Origin: Ostreococcus lucimarinus
Taxonomy: Eukaryota
NCBI GenBank assembly: GCA_000092065.1
Contig: CP000585.1
DNA: 64,000 nt
Strand: one strand, 5' to 3'
Shown here: positions 40,138 to 51,086 of the stretch, in pieces
Position numbering within the stretch: the stretch's first letter is position 1
How the letters are laid out: each line of letters begins with the position of its first letter
Made by a program: the position numbers and the translations under genes
The notes under the pieces: generated by a model
Told to the model about the DNA's origin: nothing
Seen by the model: the letters and a program-made list of their open reading frames with translations, nothing else
The model's database searches: none

Positions 40138-42465
40138 TTACATGTTACGTCGCACGTTTCCTCGTCTAAAGTCGTTCTCCTCGTCTTCGCCCTCGACATT
40201 TTCTTCTTCGTCTCCTCTATTTCGTTTAGCGCTCAGCCCGTCGCGCCACTCAGACCCGAGTTCTTCGTCCAAACGTCGCGCCAGACGCGCTTCGATTTCC
40301 CGAATGCTAGCGTCCGCGTCGTCCGCGAATCCGGCATTCGTAGCCGGTAGCGTGATGAACGGCGCGAGCGAAAGCATGGATGCTTCCACTAAGCACACTG
40401 CGACCGTGGCGTCGAGCCGCGTCGCGACGTCACGGTACATGAGTCGCGCGTGCGCCTGCGTCAACCGAATGAGCGATTCGAGCATGCGAATCGTCGTTCG
40501 AGCGACGCTGCGACCTTCCAGGCGCCTTTGCGCCTGGTAGTACGCGGTGAGCAGACGTTCGGCATCGCTTGTGAGTTGTGGCTGAAACACATTCTTCACG
40601 TGCGCGATGTAGCGCCGAAGACGGTCGAACGGCCACGCCGCCACGCTCGCGTCTTGCAAACGCTTCGTTCGCTTCGCCGGGATCTCGCCGGCGACGTCGT
40701 CCGCCACCTCCTCTGCAGCCTGTGGAACAGCACCCCACTTTTCGAGCGCGCGTCCCCATCGCACGCCATCGGAGAGTTGAGAGCTCCCTGGCTGCGTCGC
40801 GACGGAGGACGACAACGACGAACGACCGCGCCCATCGGAACTTTGCGTACCCGACGGTAAATCGTCCTCAATCGCGCCCAATCGAGCGTGCGTTTCCAAA
40901 ATGTGCGCGCTCACCGCACGATCCCATGACGGTTTACGATCGTCTCGTAACACGATCAAGCAATCGAATCTGCTCAATAATGGTGGCGCTAATCCTGTGT
41001 TCACTGCGAGACTCGATCCCATATCGAATTGCCCACCTTTCGGGTTCGTCGCTCCGATTACCGTGGTGCGCGTGCGAAGCGTCGTCACCATGCCCGCCTT
41101 GGCGACGCTCAGCGTCTGTTGCTCCATCGCTTCGTGTATCGTCGCCCGCTCGGCTTCGCGAATAGAGTCGAACTCGTCTATGCAGCACACTCCACCATCT
41201 GCCAGGACCAACGCGCCGGCTTCCAGCGCCCATTCTCCCGACTCTTTCGTAGCGGCGACGGTGAGACCGGCAGCGCTCGAGCCCATACCCGTGGTCATAA
41301 TCGCTCGCGGCGCGACGGCGGCGGCATATTTCAAAAGCTGCGATTTGCCCATGCCAGGGTCACCGACGAGAAGAATGTGCGACTCGCCGCGCACGCGTCC
41401 ACCACTCGAATCTCGCCTGGGAACTCCACCTATGAGCGCCAGCATCAGCGCAAGCTTTGGCGTCGCCATGCCAAAGAGCTGCGGACACATGGCGCGCAAA
41501 ATCATATCTCGCGCATAAAATGGTTTTGATTCGTGTTCGCGCCAAAACGCAGCAAACGCAGCACTTTCTACATCGTCCACGATTCGTTCAACTGTTTGCT
41601 GCTTTTGTTTGACGTGCAGACTAACGCAGTGCCCGACGAGCTCGACTTCGCATCGCTGCTCGCGAGCGCATTTGTACCAGCGGCGTCGCACGACAACTGC
41701 CATCTTCACGTCATCACCCGCCTGAACTTTGTCAACTAAATCATCTTCTAAAACAATGAGCAACGCGCGCGGCGCCGCGCGCGCGCTCCCGCCCGCTGGA
41801 CCACCGACGGGCTCTTGAATCCGAATCTCTTGATAATCGCGAACCATTCGGCGCGCCGCCGGCACCGATCGAAACGATTTCCCCTTGCACGGCTTCGTTC
41901 GCGGACACGCGGGTGGGGGTTCACCACCACTTCCCTCCTCCACGTTCACCGGAATCAAAAACTGATGTCCGCACTTGACGCATTCAAACACCTGTTCCGC
42001 CTCCAGCGACTTCGCCGATCCCACGCGCACCGCCACGCCCTCCACGCACCACATTCGATTCACGTGCCTCGTCCGTATGCTCCCGATCCCCGGCGCGAGC
42101 TCTGGGTACGTCTCACACAGCCTATCCGCGTCCACGCGCGCGCGCACGATCTCCTTCACCGACATCTTCTTCGCCAGCGTCGCCGCCTCGCCGTCGCCCG
42201 CCTCCGCCGCGGCGCGCGTCGCCCGCATCACCTCTCCCTGCGCGCTCCGCAGCGCTTCGTCCAGCGCCGGCATGAGCGCCAGCGGTCGATGTAACATCGC
42301 GTTCGCGAGCATCGGCACCGCGGCGAAGAGCTTCAGCGCGTCGACGCGCACGGCGTACGGCGCGCGAAGGTCGGGCGCGGTGAGCGCATCGACGAGGGCG
42401 TCGCGATGGTTTTCGACGACGTAGCGCTCGAACTGCTGCGTGATCGTGAGCGATGTGGACGCCAT
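40138..42465 (-). CDS. MCM9: MCM9 (minichromosome-maintenance family helicase)
   Basis: ATG at 42465..42463 (the track start is TTG). Zn finger CVKCGHQF...CPRTKPCKG. Walker A GDPGMGKSQLLKYAA. Walker B/arginine finger region SGEWALEAGALVLADGGVCCIDEFD...SRFDCLIV, closest to MCM9 rather than MCM2-8. Confidence 0.8.
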   Translation of the reverse strand: MASTSLTITQQFERYVVENHRDALVDALTAPDLRAPYAVRVDALKLFAAVPMLANAMLHRPLALMPALDEALRSAQGEVMRATRAAAEAGDGEAATLAKKMSVKEIVRARVDADRLCETYPELAPGIGSIRTRHVNRMWCVEGVAVRVGSAKSLEAEQVFECVKCGHQFLIPVNVEEGSGGEPPPACPRTKPCKGKSFRSVPAARRMVRDYQEIRIQEPVGGPAGGSARAAPRALLIVLEDDLVDKVQAGDDVKMAVVVRRRWYKCAREQRCEVELVGHCVSLHVKQKQQTVERIVDDVESAAFAAFWREHESKPFYARDMILRAMCPQLFGMATPKLALMLALIGGVPRRDSSGGRVRGESHILLVGDPGMGKSQLLKYAAAVAPRAIMTTGMGSSAAGLTVAATKESGEWALEAGALVLADGGVCCIDEFDSIREAERATIHEAMEQQTLSVAKAGMVTTLRTRTTVIGATNPKGGQFDMGSSLAVNTGLAPPLLSRFDCLIVLRDDRKPSWDRAVSAHILETHARLGAIEDDLPSGTQSSDGRGRSSLSSSVATQPGSSQLSDGVRWGRALEKWGAVPQAAEEVADDVAGEIPAKRTKRLQDASVAAWPFDRLRRYIAHVKNVFQPQLTSDAERLLTAYYQAQRRLEGRSVARTTIRMLESLIRLTQAHARLMYRDVATRLDATVAVCLVEASMLSLAPFITLPATNAGFADDADASIREIEARLARRLDEELGSEWRDGLSAKRNRGDEEENVEGEDEENDFRRGNVRRNM

Positions 42466-42712
42466 GGCGACGAAGCGACGCGCGATCGTCGTGCGTCGCG
42501 GCGCGCGGGCCGCGACGGCGTGTGGCGCGGCGCGAGCGGTCTGATTCGAGCGATGGCGCCGGTGACGGCGGGACGCGCTTTGGCTGTCGACGCGCGTTTG
42601 AATCGGCGGCGTGAACTCGCGGTGGAGTGAAAGAAAAAATGTCAATGAAAATTAAAACAATCTTTACTGTTAATGTCTAGTATGGTACGTATGGTACTGC
42701 GGTCGTCGCCGC

Positions 42713-45700
42713 TCAGGCGAAACCGAATCCGCTGCTGCCGGTGCGCACGGCGTGGAGCAAACGAGCGGCGGTTTGCTCGGCGCTCGCGTACTTGGGAAGC
42801 TTGAGCGTTAAGAAACACGTTTGCGCCATGGGAAGGTGATCAGTGGATAATTTCTCGTCGAAACGCACCTTGAAGTTCAAACCTTCGAATCCGCTGTGCG
42901 GTAGATGGGTGTACGCGGCCCAGAAATGGAGAAGTAGCGCCTGGTCGGCGGACGAAAATTGCGTGATGGCTTCCCAAAACCACTCGACTCGACGCTCTTC
43001 TTCAGGCGTCGTCACCTTGGGTTCGTAAATCGTCGCTTTCTTCCAAGCTTCGACGGAAATTTTCGGGAGCCCGCACACTAAACGCTCGAGGTCGACGGGC
43101 GAGAGCGATGAGAGCAGCTCGGCCGGAATGACGTCGCACAGCCCTTTGCGAGCGGCTTGCGCCACGACTTCGATGCTCTCCCCGTGCACCATCTCCATCG
43201 AGTTCCACGCATACGATTGAACGAAATGCTTGCGATTGTGATCGGTTACCGCGATTTGGCGGCCACCAGAAACGAGTTCGTACTCGGCCATTTCGCCGCT
43301 CGGCAAACGCACCGTGCGCGAAAAGTTCAACCCGGACATCTCAACCCACTTGTTCTTTTCGTGCGAAAGCGGGTGCGTATGGAGCGTCATGAGCGTTCTA
43401 CCAAATTCTTCATCCACCGCAGAGAGCTGCGAAAGCGTGCCTCTGCGACCAAGCAGTGCACTCCACAACCAAGGTGCTAATGGCAAAACAACCGTGACGT
43501 TACTCGATATGATAAGGCCGATGACCTTCCCAAAGAACACAGCCGCGGCGAGCGGCGCGTCGGGGCGGAGCGTCAAGAACGCCGAAGCATTGGCGTTTTC
43601 GGACGACAAAGCGCACAACACGGCTTCCCCGGGCTTATTCGGCGCCCCACGAGCGAGAGTATCGATCAGAATTTGCATCGCTTCCCGATTTACGCCGTCG
43701 CCCAATCCATCTTCACCTTCAAACGAAGCGTTCAAAGATCGCCCCACGAGCGCTCGTCGGCACAAAGAGTTGATAGCTCGCCAAGCCGAAGGGCAAGGTG
43801 AGCTGCGATCGAGCACCAGCGAGATGGATGATGCGTTTTGAAACTCCGCCGCGTGGCGTTTAAGATCCTTGCGAAGACGAGAAATCTTGAACGAATGTGG
43901 GAAGACGTCCGCTGAGGCCCCGATCAAATCGAGCGAGCTGCCGAAGTAAAACATGTTCGGCGACGCGGCTTGGAGCATAGAAAACGTCTTGTGCCATTTC
44001 GGGTCAGTGAGCAGTGCGTTGACGGTATTCGATGCGGATGCGTTCGGTGGACGAAGCTCACAGAAGCAATGCAACAAAAGCTGAGTCATATCGACGATTT
44101 GTTGCGCTGGACTGTACACTGGGAATTCTCCTTGCGAATCAGTCAACCAGCGCGAATTTCCCAGGAGGGACAAACCGCCTCGAATACCTTTGTGTCCACC
44201 GTCCAGAGCCCATCCCAATATTGCCAAAGGCGTAGCGATACACGCAAGAGCACTAACACAGTCGTTAAACGCCGCAACGACCGGATCGAGGTCGACCACG
44301 TCGTTCGCTTGAGAGCGCGATGCTCGTCGCGAGTTGCTCGCTGAACTTGGTCCGAGCTTCAGACTTTTCGCTGCGGCTTTTGAGTTGGTCTCAACGCCAG
44401 TTTCAAGCGCTGCACCGTCATCGTCGAGTGGCACCGTAACTCTCGAGCAGCACGATTTGATTCGCATGCCAGAAACCGATGAGATCGCCGCGGCCAAGCC
44501 GACGAGAACACCGAGGCGGACGCCCCTGCGAGCGTTGACTTTGTCATGAAACGCCAAACCTGGCACTGAAGGATCGTCGTTAACGGTGAGATCCGCCTTA
44601 TTCATGTAGTCTGCAGACACAGAACCAGCACGCTCAGCCGTGAGTCTGACTTCTTTTGCCCACATAGCAGTTTCCAGTACACTTTGTCGAAGTTGCTGCG
44701 GGATCGTCGTTTGCGTAAGCTCGATCGCCGGAACCCATCGAGTGTCCGTTTTCGCTGCGTCGCAAATGATGCGCGCAAACAAAAAACAGAGACCGCTTAC
44801 AGAGTCTACAACGGTGGTCGATACCTCGGCATCAGCCAAGTCGTGCAAGAGTTTTGGCGCAGCTTGAGCGAACAACTTTCCCCACGACAACTCGGCGTTC
44901 GGTGAGCAGCAGTCGGGACCTAAACCGTCTTCCATGACGAGTCCGGCAAGGATAGCTTTAGCCACGACATCGCTCATTTCATGACGTCCGCTATTTCCAG
45001 TGTTTGGGAACGTCAATGAAATACCGTTCGAGCCTGAACTCCAGCAAATGAGCACGTCTGCAAGATGTGCCAGCGTCTTCCACCAGTTAGCCGGACGCAG
45101 CTTCGGGGCTTCGCCCGCTTCAACGTACGCCGCCAGCACCATGCGAATCACCACGGTGACGGCCGTACAGAACATCGACGCAGGCGCGATGGTTGTGGGG
45201 AATTCACCATTCGTTTCGCTGAGCAAGCCGTTCATGATACATATCTGCATCGGCATGCAGTGAACGGTGAGCGCGCGACCCAAGACAGCGCACCAACGCC
45301 CATCTTTAGCTGATTGCTTGGCAAGACGTTCGCACAACAGGTGCGGTGAACCGGTACCAATCTTTGCAACGTCCGACGTGTTGGAGTACCCGAGTAGTTC
45401 CCAGCGAGCGATGTGCTCGAAGAGCTTGATCATATTCGGAGACCGAGTCTTATTCTTTCCAGTATCCAATAACGGTGCCGAAACAGATCGAAGTCGAGTG
45501 GAAAGGTTGCTGACGAGACGTGTGATCCCGGTAGCCTCACGCATACGTGCTTGACTCAACGGCTGTTGCGTCGGCACGCGTACTGGTTGGCCACGTTCAG
45601 TGAACGTCAGACGAGCGTGCACTTGCGTGCTACTCGCTAAACGAGATGCATGGAGTCGAGCCTCGTTCGCGTCCGTCGGCGGCGCCTGGGCGTCGTCGTT

Positions 45701-47299
45701 CTCCGCCTCTCCCGCCTCACGAGCAGCACGTCGGCCTGTCGCAATGTCATCTACCATCGTATCCATGTGTCCCTGATTCACCCAGTCCATGAAAGCGCGA
45801 TCACTTACGGTCAGATTGTTGTTGATCATTCCAGTCAGGTCTGGCTCGCCCTGATTAGGTCCATGAAGGTCGCTGAGATCGACGACGTGCCCACCGGGAC
45901 GCGGTATCAGTAGTTCGTGTTCGTCGTTTGCAACGCGACGCTGCGGCATCTCAAACCTCCAAGCTCGCTGGGCAAAATTCGCTGACGTTGAACGGTGCGC
46001 CGCCGCCGACGAAGGCGCGTCACGCCGCCGCTCGCGTTGGTCATGAAGACCCATGAGAGCCCGGTTGAGTGGAATCGCATGTTCGACCGCACCGTCTTCG
46101 TTGCCACTCGAAACACGTGGAGCGTCGCGACCATCGTTACTCGCGCGCGGGATGCGCTCTCCTGAGTCTCGTATACCTATGTTGTCCTCCGGACTAGTCG
46201 ACGCATCTCGGACATTCTGTCTTCCTGGGGAACTCGCACCACTGACTGGCTGCCACACGGCTGACCAGGATTTTGGAACGTCGGACGGTTCCTGCGTTCT
46301 CGCGGTACTCGGTGCGTGCGTCGGCGGACCGTGGTAACTTTCGTGAAGCTCTGTCAATGCATAAGGGGTTAACTGAATTATCTGCGTCGGATCGTAAGGC
46401 TCGACGTCGGCCGAGGACTCACTGGCGACGACGCTGTCCACCGAGTTGACGATTTCGTCGAAGTGAGAGTTCAAACTCAATATGGTTCCGCAATTCAGTC
46501 GCCACGCCCGTCGCAATCTACCGAGTTCAATCAAGAATTTGCCCGCTCTTCGCGGGTCGTACAAGTTACCCTCGTTTGTGGACGTCCCAATCACTTTGAA
46601 TATCAGAAACATACAGCGGTTGAGCTGCTGCGTCACACTGGTTCCGGCTTCCAACGCACCAACGGACTCGGCGCGCAGCAACGGCATCATCGTCCCGAAC
46701 GCCCGACTCACAAAGTCCATATACAAGTACGCCAAATCTAACACGCACGGACCTTGTTCGCGGTTCTGCATCTCTTTGAACGGATCAGCCTCTAGCACGA
46801 GCTTCACCTGTTCCTTCGCGCGTTCGTGCAACTCGAGCACCGCGTCTCGAACTCGCACGACGCTGTCTCCTTTCCCCAACTTCAAAATAGGGCTCTTGTC
46901 GTGCGCGGTTATGATTCTCGCCAACTTTGCAAGCGACACGCTCAACTGATCCGCTGGTTCCGCCAAATCAGTCAGGTGTTTCTGCACCACCTCCACGAGC
47001 TCCGGCCGCGTCCCCGCGCTGGGCAACCCCAGCGCGGATGTGAGCGATTTGAGTTCCCACTCCGAAGCATCCTCGCGCCAGTTCCACGCCTTCGTCGCCG
47101 TGGTCGCGTCCACGCTCCGCGTGTCATCGCCAGGCGACACCAACGACGCGACAACTTTCCCCGTCGGCGACTTCCCGGGCGACCCCCCGTACTCTGAAAA
47201 CAGTTTGTTCAGCACCGACGACCTCGCGTCCGGCGCCAACTCCGCGATTCTCTGCGCGCGCGCGACGTCAAACCGTCTCCAGTCAGTCTCGCGTTTCAA
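42713..47299 (-). CDS. HECT-domain E3 ubiquitin ligase (large, about 1500 aa); 5' end uncertain
   Basis: C-terminal HECT lobe with catalytic Cys in AQTCFLTLKLPKY. The track start is TTG and the first in-frame ATG is at codon 177. A plausible 18-nt ATG exon (47337..47354) plus an 85-nt intron (47252..47336) is proposed in the findings. Confidence 0.75.
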   Translation of the reverse strand: MKRETDWRRFDVARAQRIAELAPDARSSVLNKLFSEYGGSPGKSPTGKVVASLVSPGDDTRSVDATTATKAWNWREDASEWELKSLTSALGLPSAGTRPELVEVVQKHLTDLAEPADQLSVSLAKLARIITAHDKSPILKLGKGDSVVRVRDAVLELHERAKEQVKLVLEADPFKEMQNREQGPCVLDLAYLYMDFVSRAFGTMMPLLRAESVGALEAGTSVTQQLNRCMFLIFKVIGTSTNEGNLYDPRRAGKFLIELGRLRRAWRLNCGTILSLNSHFDEIVNSVDSVVASESSADVEPYDPTQIIQLTPYALTELHESYHGPPTHAPSTARTQEPSDVPKSWSAVWQPVSGASSPGRQNVRDASTSPEDNIGIRDSGERIPRASNDGRDAPRVSSGNEDGAVEHAIPLNRALMGLHDQRERRRDAPSSAAAHRSTSANFAQRAWRFEMPQRRVANDEHELLIPRPGGHVVDLSDLHGPNQGEPDLTGMINNNLTVSDRAFMDWVNQGHMDTMVDDIATGRRAAREAGEAENDDAQAPPTDANEARLHASRLASSTQVHARLTFTERGQPVRVPTQQPLSQARMREATGITRLVSNLSTRLRSVSAPLLDTGKNKTRSPNMIKLFEHIARWELLGYSNTSDVAKIGTGSPHLLCERLAKQSAKDGRWCAVLGRALTVHCMPMQICIMNGLLSETNGEFPTTIAPASMFCTAVTVVIRMVLAAYVEAGEAPKLRPANWWKTLAHLADVLICWSSGSNGISLTFPNTGNSGRHEMSDVVAKAILAGLVMEDGLGPDCCSPNAELSWGKLFAQAAPKLLHDLADAEVSTTVVDSVSGLCFLFARIICDAAKTDTRWVPAIELTQTTIPQQLRQSVLETAMWAKEVRLTAERAGSVSADYMNKADLTVNDDPSVPGLAFHDKVNARRGVRLGVLVGLAAAISSVSGMRIKSCCSRVTVPLDDDGAALETGVETNSKAAAKSLKLGPSSASNSRRASRSQANDVVDLDPVVAAFNDCVSALACIATPLAILGWALDGGHKGIRGGLSLLGNSRWLTDSQGEFPVYSPAQQIVDMTQLLLHCFCELRPPNASASNTVNALLTDPKWHKTFSMLQAASPNMFYFGSSLDLIGASADVFPHSFKISRLRKDLKRHAAEFQNASSISLVLDRSSPCPSAWRAINSLCRRALVGRSLNASFEGEDGLGDGVNREAMQILIDTLARGAPNKPGEAVLCALSSENANASAFLTLRPDAPLAAAVFFGKVIGLIISSNVTVVLPLAPWLWSALLGRRGTLSQLSAVDEEFGRTLMTLHTHPLSHEKNKWVEMSGLNFSRTVRLPSGEMAEYELVSGGRQIAVTDHNRKHFVQSYAWNSMEMVHGESIEVVAQAARKGLCDVIPAELLSSLSPVDLERLVCGLPKISVEAWKKATIYEPKVTTPEEERRVEWFWEAITQFSSADQALLLHFWAAYTHLPHSGFEGLNFKVRFDEKLSTDHLPMAQTCFLTLKLPKYASAEQTAARLLHAVRTGSSGFGFA

Positions 47300-48091
47300 G
47301 TCTCACTATCGATCACCCCATCGTCGTTCGCATCACCGTCCTCGCGTCGCGCATCGCGCGTCGTCTTCGAGTTCGTCCTTCGCGCGTCGTCCCGAGCGTC
47401 CCGGCGTCGTCGCGCGCGCGCCCACCTTTAACAACTCCGTCTCATCCCCGGTCGTCGACGTCCCGTCCTCCAGCCGTCGCCGCGACGTTCCTCGTCCCTC
47501 CTGCGCTCGCGTCGCTCGCGCGCCGTCGTCGTTCTCGCGTTTGCGTCCTCTCATGACGCGCCGACGCGCGCTCCGCCGTCGCGACGCGTCCACCGCAGAT
47601 CGCTCGCGTTTCTTTCGCGTCCCGCGCGCGCGCGCGCGCCTCGCGCGAGACCTCCGCGCGCGCGAGCGACGACGCGAGACGTTCGCGCTCGGTTCGTCGC
47701 GCGTCGGCGGTCGCGCGGCCGTCGCGCGCGGCGGTGTGCGGCGCGGCGGGCGAGGGTAATGCGCGGTCGTTGCCGCGGTCTCAAACTTTGTATTCAACAC
47801 GGACACGTGTTGACGGACACGTCGCGGCGCCGCGCGCGCGGCACTCGCGCGCGCCACGCGCGTCGATCGCGCCTCGAGCGCGCCGCGACGGTCGAACGCG
47901 TCGCGTAGCGCATGCGCGCGCGCGCGCCGGCGTCCGCGGCGTCGTCGTCGACGCGCCGGACGTTCCGGAACGCGCGAACGACGCGCGCGGGGGGCGGCGG
48001 CGGACGCGAGACGACGCGGACGCGCGGAAGCGCGCGCGAAGGGCGAGCGACGCAAAGGCGCGACGTCGCGAGACGCGCGCAGTCGGACGCG

Positions 48092-48736
48092 ATGTACGGA
48101 ATCTCCACCGAACCGTCGGATGAGGACGTGAAGACGTTTAATAGAATCATTCAGGCGACGTCGTGGGAGGGCATCGTGAGCAACGTCAAGGCGAGCGCGA
48201 ACGGCGGTGAACTCACGACCGGCGTGCTCGGGGCGGGATATTTGGTGTTCACGGAGTCGAAAAAGCGAGGCGAGAACGAACAGACGCTCGGGGTGCTGCA
48301 GAACATCATTCAGGTGATGACGCAGGCGTTGATGACGATGTCGGCGTCGCCGGCGCAGCGCGTGATGGACGAGCTCATGGAGCTTCCGGTGAGCGAGGAA
48401 CGAAAGCTGGTGGATAGGATCGAGGAGGCGTATAATGATGGCATCGATACCTACGCTATCGCGGAGTGTTTGAGAGATTTCATTAAGAATTTACAAGTGC
48501 AAGAGATGTCGTTCGACCTCGAAGTCGCGAAGGCGAAGGAAGCCAAGTGGGACGACCAGATCGCCAAGCTCGAGGTCTTGGCGCAAGAGCGCATCGAGGC
48601 GCAAAAGCGCGCGATGAACATCCTTAAGCTCATCGGCGCCGACGCGCCACCCGCGATGCCTGCGATGCCTGCGGTCGATCCCAACGCGGCTGGCCCTTCG
48701 CCCGCGGCGGGCGCGTTCGAGGACCAAACCGACTGA
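48092..48736 (+). CDS. Hypothetical protein (214 aa), no family recognised
   Basis: ATG at 48092. Protein-like composition with helical C-terminus. Upstream track residues are Arg-rich artefact. Confidence 0.4.
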   Translation: MYGISTEPSDEDVKTFNRIIQATSWEGIVSNVKASANGGELTTGVLGAGYLVFTESKKRGENEQTLGVLQNIIQVMTQALMTMSASPAQRVMDELMELPVSEERKLVDRIEEAYNDGIDTYAIAECLRDFIKNLQVQEMSFDLEVAKAKEAKWDDQIAKLEVLAQERIEAQKRAMNILKLIGADAPPAMPAMPAVDPNAAGPSPAAGAFEDQTD

Positions 48737-49340
48737 GCCCTTGCTCGTCCGTCACCACGCCTCGAGGGCCGTGGATGTGATAACTCACACGCATTAACGT
48801 TGTTTACACGTCGTTTCGCTCCCGTTCGAAATCACGCGTCTCATTTGCGTCTCATTCTCGCGCGACAGTCCAAGAGTATTTGTCTTCCCAGTCGACAGTC
48901 TGGCTCGCCGAAGCGTCGCCGAGCCCGCACAGCTCGTCGCGCGCGTCGCGCGAGCGCCAGCCCTCGGCGACGTTCGTCGCGACGAACGCTTCCGACGCGA
49001 TGCACCGCTCGGGCGCCTCGAGCGCGCTTCGAGCCTCCGCCGCGCGCGTCGGCACCGTCCGCGCGCGAAGCGTCGGCGCGGCCTCCGCGTCGCGTTCGCC
49101 GCGCGCAGCGCTTCGCAGCGCGATCGCGGGGCGCGGACTCACCGCGCGCGGGTCGAAGAACTCAATCTCGAACGCGCTGTTGCTTCAAGACGCGCCGAAG
49201 GCGGTGGGAGAGGTGCGCGCGACGACGCGAGCGCGCGCGATGTTGGCGGCGGCGAAAATGCGTCGAAGACGTGCGACTAACGACGACGCGCGCGACGGCG
49301 CGATGACGCACGACAGGGCTCCGGCGCGATTGGGACGCAG

Positions 49341-50972
49341 ATGTGCTCCATTCTGGCCATGTATGACCCGAACGCGGCGATGGAGGACGGACGAGAGGAG
49401 CTGATGCGCGAGCTGAGCGCGCGCATGCGAACGCGAGGGCCGGACGGCTCGGGATATTACGGTTCGAAGCGCTATGGATTGGCGCACGAACGCCTGGCGA
49501 TCATGGACCCCGAGGGAGGCAAACAACCGATCGTGTACGAGGACGCGGCGAAGACGTACGCGGTGTGCGCGAACGGTGAAATTTACAACTTTCGTAAACT
49601 GCAAGCCAAGTACGGGTTGACGGCGGCGAAGACGGGAAGTGATTCGGAGGTTTTGTTGCAGCTCTACAAGCATCTCGGGAACGAGTTCGTGAAAGAGCTG
49701 AACGGAATCTTCGGTTTTGTCGTCGTCGGTGACGACGGTGAGCACATGATCGCCGCTCGCGATCACTGTGGAATCAAACCGCTGTACATCGGGTACGGCA
49801 AGAATGGCGTCATGTGGTTCGCGTCCGAGCTTAAAGCCATCTGCGACCAAGACTGCGAACGCATCGAAGAATTCCCGGCGGGTTATTACTGGACTCCGAA
49901 GGAAGGCTTTGTGAAATGGTACAACCCGACCTGGGACTTTGACGACGCCGTCGGCACGAAAGACACGTCGCACGTTCGCGCGATTCTCGAAGAGGCGATT
50001 CTTGATCAAACCATGGCTGATGTTCCGATCGGGCTTCTTTTATCCGGCGGTCTCGACTCTGCGGTCGTATCTACTGTTTTAAAGCCGTTTCTTGAGGCGA
50101 GTGGGCAAGAGTACCTGTCGTTCACCGTCGGTCAAGAGGGTTCGCCCGACGTCACGGCCGCTCGTATGATGTCCGAGTTCTTGGGCACGAAGCATCACGA
50201 GTACCTTTTCACCTCCGAAGAGGCGTGTGCGAACATCGAAAACGTGATTTACCATCTTGAAACCTACGAGCCGGAGCTCATCAGATCCGCCATTCCGAAC
50301 TACTTCCTGGCTAAGCTCACGTCGCAGCACGTCAAGGTGGTCCTCACGGGCGAAGGCTCCGATGAGCTTTTCGCCGGCTACCTCTACTTCCGCGATGCAC
50401 CGAGCTCCAACCACGTGCACAACGAACTCCGTCGCATCTTTGGTCACCTGCACAACGTGAACTGCCAGCGTGCCGATCGCATGACGATGGCTCACAGCTT
50501 GGAAGCGCGCGTGCCTTTCTTGGATCCGCGCGTCATCGACGCCGTGATGGCGGTTGATCCGAAGTATAAAACAATCGAAGGCGAAGAAAAGCCGGAAAAG
50601 CACGCGTTGCGCGCGTTGTTCGATGGTGAGATTCCTGACCCCGTGCTCTGGCGCACCAAGGCGATGCAGTGCGAAGGCGTCGGCCTGAACTGGGTCGAGG
50701 ACCTCCAAAAGTTCTGCGAAGAACAAATATCCGACGAAGATTTCGCCAAGGCGGAGTCGACGTACCCAATCAACCCTCCGCACAGTAAGGAGGAGATGTA
50801 CTATAGACGCATCTTCGAAAAGCACTACAAGGGGATGGATAAGTTTGTTCACGTGTGGGAGGGTGGATGTCGCGCCGGTGGCGCCGCGTGGGAAAACGAT
50901 CAGTACACGCGCGCCGGCGTGAAGAACGTCAAGCAACTCGCGAAGGGTCTCACCGGCGTTAAAGGCGCGTAA
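49341..50972 (+). CDS. Asparagine synthetase (glutamine-hydrolysing), AsnB type
   Basis: N-terminal nucleophile MCSILAM (Cys2) and LAHERLAIMD. PP-loop SGGLDSAVV in the synthetase domain. Full-length 543 aa. Confidence 0.85.
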   Translation: MCSILAMYDPNAAMEDGREELMRELSARMRTRGPDGSGYYGSKRYGLAHERLAIMDPEGGKQPIVYEDAAKTYAVCANGEIYNFRKLQAKYGLTAAKTGSDSEVLLQLYKHLGNEFVKELNGIFGFVVVGDDGEHMIAARDHCGIKPLYIGYGKNGVMWFASELKAICDQDCERIEEFPAGYYWTPKEGFVKWYNPTWDFDDAVGTKDTSHVRAILEEAILDQTMADVPIGLLLSGGLDSAVVSTVLKPFLEASGQEYLSFTVGQEGSPDVTAARMMSEFLGTKHHEYLFTSEEACANIENVIYHLETYEPELIRSAIPNYFLAKLTSQHVKVVLTGEGSDELFAGYLYFRDAPSSNHVHNELRRIFGHLHNVNCQRADRMTMAHSLEARVPFLDPRVIDAVMAVDPKYKTIEGEEKPEKHALRALFDGEIPDPVLWRTKAMQCEGVGLNWVEDLQKFCEEQISDEDFAKAESTYPINPPHSKEEMYYRRIFEKHYKGMDKFVHVWEGGCRAGGAAWENDQYTRAGVKNVKQLAKGLTGVKGA

Positions 50973-51086
50973 GGAGTATGGTTTGTCGTTTTGTGTTGAT
51001 TCTGTTTGTATCGGTCGAGATGCTCGATATATCATGTTGTACCTACGGTTTCTATTCTTAGCGTTTTGTTCATTTTGAATCAGTCT

